This document shows, in pieces, positions 26,176 through 35,370 of a stretch of DNA of 64,000 nucleotides. Numbering within the stretch: position 1 is the first letter of the stretch; each line of letters starts with the position of its first letter. A program made the position numbers and the translations under genes. The stretch is from IMG/VR virus record IMGVR_UViG_3300017971_000020. The stretch is one strand, 5' to 3'. Below the pieces are notes generated by a model. The model made no database searches. It was given only the letters and a program-made list of their open reading frames with translations, and was not told the origin of the DNA. This stretch comes from a virus.

Positions 26176-27114
26176 ATGGCTCTAGTATCTACAATTTACC
26201 CGCCAGAGGTATGGGCGATTGAGTCGCTCATGGTTCTCCGGGATAATCTCGTTATGGCAGGGCTCGTGCACCGAGATTTCGAGAATGAGGTTGCCAAGGC
26301 TGGTGACACAGTCAGAACACGTAAGCCCCAGAAGCTTACTGTTAATGATTTCAGTCAGCAGTCAGGGACAAGCGCAGATCTCGAATTGCTCGCTCCCGAG
26401 AACTTGAATGCTAACGAAGTCACCGTTGTGCTGGACAAGCACAAATACACCAGCTTCATTGTGGAAGACCGCGATGCAGCTACGTCGATCAAAGATCTTG
26501 TCGCGGAATTCATCTTCCCCGCAATCGTTCCCATCGCACAGCAAGTTGACGATGATATCATGACGGAATACACAACCGGTACGGATGTGCTTTCCTCGAG
26601 TATCACCGCAGTTGCTGCGGATACTGTTGGGGCAGGTGCGGCGCTGGACGAAAACGACATTATCGAAGGTCGTAGAACGCTCAATGCGAACCAATGTCCA
26701 CAGGGTGGTCGAAACTTGGTACTGGGAACGAACCATGAGGCAGATATCCTCGGTCGTCCTTTGTTCCACCAGGCGAGTACTTCTGGAAGCACTGGCGCAT
26801 TGAGAGAGGCCTTTATTGGCCGGGCGTTTGGTTTCAACACTTACATGAGTCAGAATGTTCCTGCAGCAAGCGACACAGACGGCACCGCGCAGTCTATTGC
26901 TTTCCACCGGAATGTAATGGCGCTTGTTACAAGACCATTGCTGCCAGTTCCACCAGGTTATGGCGCTGTGTCTTCAACCCAAACCATGGACGATGTCGGG
27001 ATTCGGATTACCAATAGCTATGAGCATCGTGCTAAGGGTATTGTGATCAGTCTTGACATCCTCTACGGGGTCAATCTGCTCGACGTGAACTTGGGAACTA
27101 TCCTCAATCCTTAG
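26176..27114 (+). CDS. major capsid protein (P22 coat-like, HK97 fold)
   Basis: '...VMAGLVHRDFENEVAKAGDTVRTRKPQKLTVNDF...' is the characteristic N-terminal pattern of P22-type coat proteins. Followed by a strong terminator. Confidence 0.8.
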   Translation: MALVSTIYPPEVWAIESLMVLRDNLVMAGLVHRDFENEVAKAGDTVRTRKPQKLTVNDFSQQSGTSADLELLAPENLNANEVTVVLDKHKYTSFIVEDRDAATSIKDLVAEFIFPAIVPIAQQVDDDIMTEYTTGTDVLSSSITAVAADTVGAGAALDENDIIEGRRTLNANQCPQGGRNLVLGTNHEADILGRPLFHQASTSGSTGALREAFIGRAFGFNTYMSQNVPAASDTDGTAQSIAFHRNVMALVTRPLLPVPPGYGAVSSTQTMDDVGIRITNSYEHRAKGIVISLDILYGVNLLDVNLGTILNP

Positions 27115-27138
27115 AAAAGAAGTGAAGAGAGGAAGTGG

Positions 27139-27173
27139 ACCGGCGTACTGGGATTCTGGTACGCCGGTTTTTT
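27139..27173 (+). terminator. rho-independent terminator after the capsid gene
   Basis: ACCGGCGTAC (27139-27148), a 10-nt loop, GTACGCCGGT (27159-27168), then a T-run to 27173. Confidence 0.8.
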
Positions 27174-27188
27174 GATTTGGAGATAAAA

Positions 27189-27767
27189 ATGAAGAAACAA
27201 ATCATAATGGTGACAGGTCTTCCGCGAACGGGGTTGAATCTGGTGACGCGGATTGTCGAGCTTCTGGGTGTCCCAGGGCCGGAGGTCAGGGGGCGTCTAA
27301 AAAAGATAACGCCATCAGGCTATTTTACCGATATTCCTTTCCGCTCCGGGAAGGTGGATCGGGAAGCACCGTGGGTTTTCAAGAATTCAGGGTTTGCCTC
27401 GGAAGAAGAGGCGCAGAAATTCCTTGATATGAGTAACCTTGTTGTGATTGAATGTCGACGTGATCAGCTTGCCATTCAGCGGAGTTTGCACAGAGCCTGG
27501 TGCATACAGAATGAGATGGACCCAAAAGAATGGACGTTTGATAAGGCGAGTAAGAGTGTCCGGCACTATGTGCGTAAGTGGTCACATAGGGGGCATTACT
27601 TCTTGTCTAGGTGGAATGGCCCGAGGTTTATAGTGAGCTTTGAAGGCCTTATCGCAAAGCCGAGGCGGTACGTGAGGCGGATTTCGAGCTTTCTTGGCGT
27701 GGAACCATTGGATAAGGCGATAAAGCTTGTGAACCCGAAATGGGCGCATTTTAAGCCGAAGGTTTAG
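27189..27767 (+). CDS. sulfotransferase-like P-loop protein
   Basis: The N-terminal 'IIMVTGLPRTGLNLV' resembles the 5'-PSB loop (G-x-PR-[ST]-G). 'ECRRDQLAIQRSLH' resembles the 3'-PB motif. The true start is taken as ATG 27189, downstream of the terminator. Confidence 0.5.
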   Translation: MKKQIIMVTGLPRTGLNLVTRIVELLGVPGPEVRGRLKKITPSGYFTDIPFRSGKVDREAPWVFKNSGFASEEEAQKFLDMSNLVVIECRRDQLAIQRSLHRAWCIQNEMDPKEWTFDKASKSVRHYVRKWSHRGHYFLSRWNGPRFIVSFEGLIAKPRRYVRRISSFLGVEPLDKAIKLVNPKWAHFKPKV

Positions 27768-27782
27768 TATGTAGAGGATGAC

Positions 27783-28568
27783 ATGCATGCAACGATTTTG
27801 GCGGCGGGGTTTCAAACTAGATTAAACAAGTCACGACCAACACCCATGCTAGCGGCTGAGAAGCCGAAAGCATTGTTGCCATTAGGAGGCGGCGTTGCCT
27901 TAATTGATTTCCTAGTGAATTGGTTGGCATTGGATGCAGTGGGCTGTATTCACGTGGTTCATAATGCGATTCACGCACACCAGTTCATGCAATGGCACAA
28001 ATCGCTTCAGTGGCGCCCCACAAGGCGGCGTCGCGACCCTCCTTACATTCGGCTAAGGAATACTCGTGTAGAGCGCTTGATTGATCGTAGGGGGTCTGTA
28101 GGGGATCTGGCGTGGAATTTGGGGGAAGTCGGCTACACGAAGAAATACGGCCATATTATCGTTTTTGGTGATAATGTCTTTGTCGACCCTACTGTGGAGG
28201 AGTTGGTGGGAGATGGGGATGTTACGACAATCACCGCACGGCATAAGGGAACGCTTGCAAGACATAGTGGGTCATGTTTGGGCTGTATCGATGTTGTAAA
28301 GAACGAATTGGGGGAAACGGGTACGGGGGATTACCGGGTTGCCGGCCCTATTTATCTGGCGCCGCAAGACACTCTGAAGGTGCGGGAATATGCAAGGCTG
28401 TGTCAGTTGGCGGAGGTGCCCTGTGACGACTTTGTTCCCTTCCTTGGCTGGTTGAAGAAGGAGTCACCGATACGGGTAAAGGTGGCGCCGGGGGCGTTTT
28501 TCGATATTGGAACGGAAACCGATTTGCGCTTGGCGTTGAAGATGTTTGCAAGGGGGCCTGTTAATTAA
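27783..28568 (+). CDS. sugar-phosphate nucleotidyltransferase
   Basis: 'ATILAAGFQTRL...KPKALLPLGG' matches the (G)xGTRL...PK signature of NTP_transferase enzymes, with the second Gly replaced by Gln. Confidence 0.65.
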   Translation: MHATILAAGFQTRLNKSRPTPMLAAEKPKALLPLGGGVALIDFLVNWLALDAVGCIHVVHNAIHAHQFMQWHKSLQWRPTRRRRDPPYIRLRNTRVERLIDRRGSVGDLAWNLGEVGYTKKYGHIIVFGDNVFVDPTVEELVGDGDVTTITARHKGTLARHSGSCLGCIDVVKNELGETGTGDYRVAGPIYLAPQDTLKVREYARLCQLAEVPCDDFVPFLGWLKKESPIRVKVAPGAFFDIGTETDLRLALKMFARGPVN

Positions 28569-29224
28569 TGCGGTACCTTCAGGGAACGGTCACCCTTAGC
28601 CATCCAAGAAGTGGGCTGACATGGTTACGGTACACCTTTAGGAAATTGGGATACAAGCTTGAGGTCAATCATGCTGGGGTTGGGTTGGTAAGGACAAATG
28701 CAAGAACGCTGAGGATTGGAATTAAGCGTTGGGCCGGTCGGCGTGTTTTGTTTCTTGCTCGTGACCCCAGGGATATGCTTTTGTCTAATTGGCACGCTAT
28801 TGGGGATGCAGTTGACTGTGAAACGTTGGAAGATTTCTTGTTTAGCGAGCGATGGGGCGTAAAGCCCTTTCTTAAGTGGGTGAACTTCTGGTGGAAAAAT
28901 CGGGCATGGTTGGACGACCTACGGATTTTCCATTACGAGGATATGAAAGACGATTATAATAAGGTATTCCATGAGATTTTGGATTACGTGGAGGTATCGG
29001 TTGACGACCGAAAGATTGCGGCGGCAATTGAGGCGGCGTCATTTGATAGAATGAAACAAGCAGAAAGGCTTGGCCCATTGTTTCAAGATCTGGGCGGTGG
29101 TGTTGTAGCGGTTAGGCGTGGGGAGGTCGGCGCCTATCGGGACGAAATGAAGAAGGGGACGATAGATAGGCTTAATGCGGCGCTGAAAGATCTGCCGCCT
29201 ATGTTAGAAAGGTATCAATCATAG
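28568..29224 (+). CDS. sulfotransferase
   Basis: 'LSHPRSGLTWLRY' (5'-PSB, cf. PKSGTTW) and 'FLARDPRDMLLSNWH' (3'-PB, cf. RDPRDvavS). Confidence 0.75.
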   Translation: MRYLQGTVTLSHPRSGLTWLRYTFRKLGYKLEVNHAGVGLVRTNARTLRIGIKRWAGRRVLFLARDPRDMLLSNWHAIGDAVDCETLEDFLFSERWGVKPFLKWVNFWWKNRAWLDDLRIFHYEDMKDDYNKVFHEILDYVEVSVDDRKIAAAIEAASFDRMKQAERLGPLFQDLGGGVVAVRRGEVGAYRDEMKKGTIDRLNAALKDLPPMLERYQS

Positions 29225-29875
29225 ATGTGTGCAAAACAAAAGCCATATGGCGCAGTGACCCATGACGACTGGCGGCTGTTACATATGTCGTTAGACGAGG
29301 CAATAAAGGCGCATAGTATAAATGGCGGGTCATTTGTTGAAATCGGGACACTGAGTGCGAAGACAACAAAAGCGGTGGCGGAGGTACTCCATGACAACCG
29401 GGTTTTGAGTACATTGATAACAATCGACAAATCCCCGGCTGCACGGTCGGCTTTTGACGGACAGTTTAAAGATTGGTGGGGAACGGTTTCCGTTCAGTTT
29501 GTGCAAGGGCTGTCGAAAGACGTTTTAGGCGATTGGGACGACTTGAAGGTTGTTTGGGCATTTGTTGACGGTTGCCATTGTGAGGAGTGCGTTGCGGCGG
29601 ATATTGCTAATTTGATTCCGAAGATGGTGCCTGGTGGAGTGATTGTTTTTCATGACGCCGGCATTCAGGCAGCGTTGGGAATGACGGTGCACAAGAAGTA
29701 CCACGGCGACGGAAAGAAGAGACTGTATGGTGTAACAACGGCCATTGGGAAGAGTGAAGGATTGAAAGACTTCGAGCTATTGTATTCGTGCCAGGCAAAG
29801 CTAAGGCCGCCGAATGAGCCCACCCCCATATTCGGCGGGGTCCAGGTATGGCGAAAACCGTGGGCGGTAAATTAA
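29225..29875 (+). CDS. class I SAM methyltransferase (Methyltransf_24-like, DGCHCxxC subtype)
   Basis: 'FVEIGTLSAKTT' and 'FVDGCHCEECVAADIANLIPKMVPGGVIVFHD'. Confidence 0.7.
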   Translation: MCAKQKPYGAVTHDDWRLLHMSLDEAIKAHSINGGSFVEIGTLSAKTTKAVAEVLHDNRVLSTLITIDKSPAARSAFDGQFKDWWGTVSVQFVQGLSKDVLGDWDDLKVVWAFVDGCHCEECVAADIANLIPKMVPGGVIVFHDAGIQAALGMTVHKKYHGDGKKRLYGVTTAIGKSEGLKDFELLYSCQAKLRPPNEPTPIFGGVQVWRKPWAVN

Positions 29876-30441
29876 TGATAATAGAAGATAGGCAACAGGC
29901 CCCTTTATGGAAGCGTGCAAAAGTGCCGGAAAGAGACTACGCCGCAATTAACAACTATCGTCCGGAAATGTGGAAGCTAATAAAGGGACACCGCACTTCG
30001 TTCGAACAGATAGTTGTTGAAGTGGGGTCACGGCGGGGGGCATTTGCTTCTGGCTATTTGAAGCACTTCGACGACGATTTCCTTTTTTGTGTTGACACAT
30101 GGGCTGGGCGCCGGGGGCAAGGCGATTATCTGGCATGGTTACGCCGTGTCGAGCCATGGCTATATGACAGGTGTTACCCATTGCATGGGGAATCACTATT
30201 TCACGCTAAGGTATTTCCCTGTATGGCAAATGTCATTTTCATAGATGCCCTCCATGATTACGATAATGTTAAGAAAGATATATTGGCGTGGTATCCCTTA
30301 CTGGTTAAGGGTGGGCTATTTCTAATGCATGATTATCAGCAGCAGGGCGTGAAGGCGGCTGTAGATGAGATATTCCCCACCGTAACAACGGCATATTTGG
30401 GGATGCAGAAGGCTATTACCGCATGGGTTATCAAAGAATGA
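29875..30441 (+). CDS. class I SAM methyltransferase (Methyltransf_24-like)
   Basis: 'VVEVGSRRGAFASG' and 'FIDALHDYDNVKKDILAWYPLLVKGGLFLMHDY'. ATG 29875 overlaps the previous stop (TAATG). ATG 29848 is an alternative start. Confidence 0.7.
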   Translation: MIIEDRQQAPLWKRAKVPERDYAAINNYRPEMWKLIKGHRTSFEQIVVEVGSRRGAFASGYLKHFDDDFLFCVDTWAGRRGQGDYLAWLRRVEPWLYDRCYPLHGESLFHAKVFPCMANVIFIDALHDYDNVKKDILAWYPLLVKGGLFLMHDYQQQGVKAAVDEIFPTVTTAYLGMQKAITAWVIKE

Positions 30442-30448
30442 GGGATCG

Positions 30449-30832
30449 ATGGCGAAAGTAATCTGTTTCGATATAGACGGCGTATTGACGGTAGAAGCAA
30501 ATGCAAAGCACGACGATCTTGCGGGGTCATACATTTACCGCAGGCCTAACGACAGGGCACTGGAGGTAATAATGAAGGCCTATGACGCGGGCTGGTATGT
30601 GTTGCTGTTCACGGGGCGCCGGGAGGCACAGCGTCGGATTACGGAAGACTGGCTCCATGCACACAAGTTTCATTACCATGCATTAGTGATGGGCAAACCC
30701 TATTTCACATATGTGATTGACGATCGGATATTAGGTGCCACAGTAGATGACCAATTAGACGCGTTCGAGAAGATTATTGATACGAGCGCCAATGCATTGA
30801 AGGAGTTGTTTAATGGCGAACATCCACAATAG
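30449..30832 (+). CDS. HAD-superfamily phosphatase
   Basis: 'KVICFDIDGVLT' (motif I, DxDxV/T), 'LLFTGRRE' (motif II) and 'YVIDDR' (motif IV-like). Confidence 0.6.
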   Translation: MAKVICFDIDGVLTVEANAKHDDLAGSYIYRRPNDRALEVIMKAYDAGWYVLLFTGRREAQRRITEDWLHAHKFHYHALVMGKPYFTYVIDDRILGATVDDQLDAFEKIIDTSANALKELFNGEHPQ

Positions 30833-31589
30833 AAACTGCATAAAGGAGCATTGGGGGACACACAAGGGCGAAGATGCCTTTGTTATAGGAACAGGTACTT
30901 CTTTGACCGGTTTTAATTTCGCACGTCTTCGGGGCCGGCTAACCATAGGCCTGAATGACGCATTGAAGGTACCCGGGTTGGATTTGGCGTTTTCCATATT
31001 CTGTGATGTGGGAGTGTGGAAGCGATACAAAGATATGACGCTTCACCCAAGAACGCAATTGGTTTGCCAGAAGCGTGCCCGTGATCAATACCTTAGACAC
31101 GAAGGTTGTAAATTCATTGAGCAGCTATGGCACTTCAACCACGTATCACAGGCCCGGCAAATGCAAGAAGACAACGCTGACCTTTACGTTTCTCGTACCG
31201 TTGCGACGGCGGGAATTAGTATGGCGTGGAAGCTTGGCGCCCGGCGGATATTCTTGTTAGGGGTTGACGGGCACAAGCTGTCACGGCGAAGTAAGAAAAC
31301 CGGCAAAATGGAAGACGTGTATTATCATGATGGATCTTCGAAGGGGAAGGAGCGCCGGAAGTTCAAAGAGGTGAAGCTCGATAGCGATACCGTGAAGGTA
31401 ATCCAAGACCGTCATGAATGGTGGGTAAAAAACATGAAGGAGCTTCGGGACTACTTCGACAAGCGGAAACTGTATCCCGGGCCATGGCCGGGGCCTGGCA
31501 TATATACGCTAAACAAGATTTCTACGATAGAGCCTTGGCAAAAGCTAAAGGTGAAGACTGTGTTAGGAAAAGGGTGCTTCAAAGAATGA
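30813..31589 (+). CDS. DUF115/MptE-like (Maf-type) putative glycosyltransferase, paralog 1
   Basis: 'AFVIGTGTSL', 'IGLNDA' and 'VATAGISMAWKLGARRIFLLGVDG', shared with four paralogs. Confidence 0.6.
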   Translation: MANIHNRNCIKEHWGTHKGEDAFVIGTGTSLTGFNFARLRGRLTIGLNDALKVPGLDLAFSIFCDVGVWKRYKDMTLHPRTQLVCQKRARDQYLRHEGCKFIEQLWHFNHVSQARQMQEDNADLYVSRTVATAGISMAWKLGARRIFLLGVDGHKLSRRSKKTGKMEDVYYHDGSSKGKERRKFKEVKLDSDTVKVIQDRHEWWVKNMKELRDYFDKRKLYPGPWPGPGIYTLNKISTIEPWQKLKVKTVLGKGCFKE

Positions 31590-32236
31590 GATACAAAGTA
31601 GAGAAGACATTGCCGAAGGAAATCACAGAAGGCCTCAAGAAGCCAATGATGCACGTCAGCGAATTCCCGTGGTTCGTGAAGTCCATAGAATTGGCCGCAC
31701 AGGAGGGCCCTAAAGGGATCTTCGTTGAAATCGGCGTTCGTAAGGGTAAGTCCTTCGCTTGTCTTTTGCAGGCCTTAAACCGTACAGGAGCCCCCCAGAG
31801 ACAGATACACTCGATAGAGCCTGTTGCGGGATCCAGGAACTATTGGGACTTGTATCGAAAGAAGTTCGGAGAAGATATCCCATGTGAGTACTACCGTGGG
31901 TTTAGCCAAGACCCAGATATTGTCAACAAGATTACCGCACCTATTGCGTGGTTATACATTGACGGCTGCCATTGTTTTGAGTGTGTCTGGGAAGACATTG
32001 ACACTTGGGGGCCAAAGGTAACCCCCGGTGGGATTATGGTGTTTCACGATACGCGGATATCGAAGAACTACAATAAGACCGATTACTGTATCCGGCTGGG
32101 GGCCAGGCGGCGCTGGGGCGTGAAGCCGGCGATTATGTCGGCGCGTGGAATGAAGAACTTCGAAGTTTTATTCAGGGCTGAAAGCGGCGGAAGCGCGCCG
32201 GGGCTTGTCGCATATGTGAAGAAAGGTAGGAGATAA
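31586..32236 (+). CDS. class I SAM methyltransferase (Methyltransf_24-like, DGCHCxxC subtype)
   Basis: 'FVEIGVRKGKSF' and 'YIDGCHCFECVWEDIDTWGPKVTPGGIMVFHD'. ATGA overlap with the previous stop. Confidence 0.7.
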   Translation: MRYKVEKTLPKEITEGLKKPMMHVSEFPWFVKSIELAAQEGPKGIFVEIGVRKGKSFACLLQALNRTGAPQRQIHSIEPVAGSRNYWDLYRKKFGEDIPCEYYRGFSQDPDIVNKITAPIAWLYIDGCHCFECVWEDIDTWGPKVTPGGIMVFHDTRISKNYNKTDYCIRLGARRRWGVKPAIMSARGMKNFEVLFRAESGGSAPGLVAYVKKGRR

Positions 32237-33258
32237 TGGCTGATTTGCGATACGCTGGGACCAAGCTAACAGGGCTATCGGGGCTAAAAAAGAAGCTAAA
32301 AGGTATGCCTGTTAAGACGGCGATCATTACATGTTCGGGAACAAGCTTCAAAGGCTATGACGATAGCTGGGCGCCGAAGTCTTGGCCACGATTTGCGGTC
32401 AATGAAACAATCAAAGAAATGCAGGGTGCCGATTACTGGGTTCTGGCAGATAGCGAAATAGCGCACCAATATTCAAAGCACTGCCCAGAAGAAACGACAG
32501 TTTTGGCAATGCGGCAGGCAACTACATTGGTTGGGCACAGGAAGAGGTATCTGCAGAATCATGTGGTCTACAGTGTCGATTCCATGAATAATGTGAAACA
32601 GCGCTGGGATAACGGGTATCAGTTCTTTAGTCGTGGAACGGTGATGATCGGGGCCATTGAAATGGCACGGTGGCTGGGGTTTACGCGGTTCTTTGTTTTT
32701 GGCCTGGATTGCTTTAGGACGAAGGCCGGTTATTACTATGACGGTCGTAAGCCACAGCATGCATCGGAATGGAAGACTATAGAGATTGAGCGTGTTAGGG
32801 GACAGCATAAGAACGGCGACATATGGGTTACTTCGCGACTAAAGCGAATGATCCAGAAGTTAGACGAGGTCAAAGGGGCCGGTTTGTGGAACGACATAGA
32901 GGTGTATTGTGTGAATTCCCCCGATTCACAACAAACGGTTGTTCCCAAGATGACGGTGGAAGAATTCAAAGCGAAGGTAGAAGTGTTTAGAAAAGAAGAG
33001 GAGAGGGCACGTGAAAGCAGCAACAGAGGAAGATCTGCAAACGTTGACGATAGAGGACAGCGAGGGCTTGACGATAGCGGGGGGCGAGAAGTGCACCTAC
33101 CTAAGAAGCCTCGAAGAGGCCGCCCTCCTGGTTCAGGTAAGAAACGCAACCGACCTATGCAAAGTAACGCCACCCCAGATCCCGATGCGGCCAGTGTTCG
33201 TGGAGATCGGGACGCACCAGGGAAGGGGGGCGGCGGCGATAATCAAGTGCCTGAATAA
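32236..33258 (+). CDS. DUF115/MptE-like putative glycosyltransferase, paralog 2, with a basic Gly/Arg-rich C-terminal tail
   Basis: 'AIITCSGTSF', 'FAVNET' and 'GTVMIGAIEMARWLGFTRFFVFGLDC'. The last ~80 codons overlap the next gene in another frame. Confidence 0.55.
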   Translation: MADLRYAGTKLTGLSGLKKKLKGMPVKTAIITCSGTSFKGYDDSWAPKSWPRFAVNETIKEMQGADYWVLADSEIAHQYSKHCPEETTVLAMRQATTLVGHRKRYLQNHVVYSVDSMNNVKQRWDNGYQFFSRGTVMIGAIEMARWLGFTRFFVFGLDCFRTKAGYYYDGRKPQHASEWKTIEIERVRGQHKNGDIWVTSRLKRMIQKLDEVKGAGLWNDIEVYCVNSPDSQQTVVPKMTVEEFKAKVEVFRKEEERARESSNRGRSANVDDRGQRGLDDSGGREVHLPKKPRRGRPPGSGKKRNRPMQSNATPDPDAASVRGDRDAPGKGGGGDNQVPE

Positions 33259-33757
33259 GCTTGGGTGCCATTCTCGTTTTTTGACATTCGATATTGATTA
33301 TGAGAACTTTCCCTTGATTCAGAGAAGGCGGTTTTACCCAAGGACAATGTGGGCGGAAAACGGGGAGCCCGTTGCGAACATTGGTCCTTGCAAAGGCGAA
33401 TTCCACGAAATGCGTGGTGATGAGGGCACGACAGTATTAAACCCTGAGCGCGATTTTGTTGCGTGGGTTTGGGTAGATGGCTGCCATTGTTTCGACTGTG
33501 TGAAAAAGGAAATTGACGCATGGGCACCATTGATAGTCCCCGGCGGTTTTTTGCTCTTCCACGACTGTAGCCCTGTGTATGATCCAACAAAGCCGGATCA
33601 AGAATATCACGGGAAAGAGGCCGTGCCATTTGGAGTGATTGAGGCGATAGAGAAATCGCCAATTGTTGCAGAAGAATTTGAATTATGGGTGAAGACATCA
33701 CCGGAAGACCGGCGCAAGGGCTGGTTCGGGGGAACATATGGCTATAGGAAGAAGTAA
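33011..33757 (+). CDS. class I SAM methyltransferase (Methyltransf_24-like, DGCHCxxC subtype)
   Basis: 'FVEIGTHQGRGA' and 'WVDGCHCFDCVKKEIDAWAPLIVPGGFLLFHD'. By comparison with its paralogs, its N-terminal helix must start well upstream of 33185, hence GTG 33011 (GGAGAGGG upstream). Confidence 0.65.
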   Translation: MKAATEEDLQTLTIEDSEGLTIAGGEKCTYLRSLEEAALLVQVRNATDLCKVTPPQIPMRPVFVEIGTHQGRGAAAIIKCLNKLGCHSRFLTFDIDYENFPLIQRRRFYPRTMWAENGEPVANIGPCKGEFHEMRGDEGTTVLNPERDFVAWVWVDGCHCFDCVKKEIDAWAPLIVPGGFLLFHDCSPVYDPTKPDQEYHGKEAVPFGVIEAIEKSPIVAEEFELWVKTSPEDRRKGWFGGTYGYRKK

Positions 33758-34727
33758 GAGAATAGCGCACACAAAGGCACCATTGCGAATATCGTTCGTC
33801 GGTGGTGGATCTGATTTGTGCAAGATAGAAGTGGGGCATACCGTATCTGCGGCGATAGATAAATACGTACATGTATTCATGAACCGCCGTCAGGATAATC
33901 AAGTGATTGTCAACTGGCGTCATCGGGAGGAGGTAAGCCATACGCGGGATTTGCAACATGAGCTAATCCGTGAGTGCCTTCTCAAGGAGGGAATTTGCAG
34001 CGGGATAGAAATCACGACATTTGCCGATGTCCCGGGGGTAGGTTCTGGGCTTGCAAGTTCTTCTGCTACAACCGCCGCGACGCTTGGGGCGATCTATGCC
34101 CTAAAGGGCTATGACTTAACTGAATGGGAAACCCGGGAATTTTTAGCACAACAGGTTTGTGACGTGGAGCTGAATCGGTTGGGCCGGAGTGGTGGCCAGC
34201 AGGATCAATATACAGTTGCCCTTGGGGGGTTTCTGTATCTAATGCACAAAGACAAACGCGTTATGCAAAAGACGGCGCTTCAGGTGGATGATTATGCCAT
34301 GAAGCGGATGTCTGAGCACTTCATGCTATTCAAGGCAAATAAGGGGAAGGGGCGTGATTCGGAGTCTATACTTCGCGACTTCTGCGAGCCTCCGGGCTTT
34401 GGGCGGTCTTGTGAAACCTTGTGTAATGAATTCCTTAGTTTAGTGGATAAGCGGGACTATCACCTTTTAGGTAACCTTGTATCCAGGCACCGAACGCTGA
34501 AAGAAAAGGCTTTTTCTAAGTATATGGAAGAGTCTGAGGTGGAGGCAATAAAAGACAAGGCAGGCTGGAATTGGAAGTTGTGTGGTGCCGGTAGTACGGG
34601 TCATGTGTTAGTGGCCACAACGCCGGAGACCTGTGAGCAAGATCGAATCAAGTTCGTGGAGGCATGGGGGCCTGAAGTGCCTTTCGATTTCATAAGGACA
34701 GGGACGGAGATAATAAGCTGTGAATAG
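33738..34727 (+). CDS. GHMP-family sugar kinase (HddA/heptose-7-phosphate-kinase-like)
   Basis: 'KAPLRISFVGGGSDL' (N-terminal GHMP motif typical of HddA-like kinases) and 'PGVGSGLASSSATTAA' (ATP-binding motif II). Confidence 0.75.
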   Translation: MAIGRSKRIAHTKAPLRISFVGGGSDLCKIEVGHTVSAAIDKYVHVFMNRRQDNQVIVNWRHREEVSHTRDLQHELIRECLLKEGICSGIEITTFADVPGVGSGLASSSATTAATLGAIYALKGYDLTEWETREFLAQQVCDVELNRLGRSGGQQDQYTVALGGFLYLMHKDKRVMQKTALQVDDYAMKRMSEHFMLFKANKGKGRDSESILRDFCEPPGFGRSCETLCNEFLSLVDKRDYHLLGNLVSRHRTLKEKAFSKYMEESEVEAIKDKAGWNWKLCGAGSTGHVLVATTPETCEQDRIKFVEAWGPEVPFDFIRTGTEIISCE

Positions 34728-35370
34728 ATTGATACGGGCAATGCCGATTCAGCGGGCAAGTTATAAATCACGGAGAACTATCCCAAAGCGAATGCGTGAT
34801 ATGCGTGACCCTATGTTTGATATGCTTGAGTGTGACCCGAAACAAGAAACCTTTACGGTGGTAGAAGTCGGAACGCAATGGGGTTGGTGGGCATATCGGG
34901 CAGCGAAGCAACTGCCAGAAAATGTCGTAATCCATTCAGTGGACCCATGGAGTGAAGACGAAGAAAGCTCGAACCATTGGGGGAATGGCCGCACAAATCT
35001 ACAGGACTGGGCTAAGAACGTGGAGCCTTGGCTGGGAAAACGGGTCTTTGGGTGGCGTGGAACGTCTAAGGAAATCGCCCCGGAGTTCAAGAACGAATCA
35101 ATTGATTTTATATTCATAGATGGCGACCACCGGGCGGAGGCGCTTTTGTTGGACCTACAGTTGTGGTTCCCAAAGGTAAAACCTGGATCTTTAATTATTG
35201 GGCATGACTGGCGGGGCAAGTGGGCGCGGGAAGTAAGAACGGCCGTTCGGCTATTCTTCCCGAAAGAAGCGCAGGAAAAGCTAACAGTAGATGGCCTCCA
35301 TGCTGCCCCCATATATCTAAGTGAGCGAGGGCGTGGGGTGTCTGTGTGTTGGTGGGTAAGGAAGCGATGA
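34720..35370 (+). CDS. class I SAM methyltransferase (Methyltransf_24-like)
   Basis: 'VVEVGTQWGWWA' and 'FIDGDHRAEALLLDLQLWFPKVKPGSLIIGHDW'. Confidence 0.7.
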   Translation: MNRLIRAMPIQRASYKSRRTIPKRMRDMRDPMFDMLECDPKQETFTVVEVGTQWGWWAYRAAKQLPENVVIHSVDPWSEDEESSNHWGNGRTNLQDWAKNVEPWLGKRVFGWRGTSKEIAPEFKNESIDFIFIDGDHRAEALLLDLQLWFPKVKPGSLIIGHDWRGKWAREVRTAVRLFFPKEAQEKLTVDGLHAAPIYLSERGRGVSVCWWVRKR

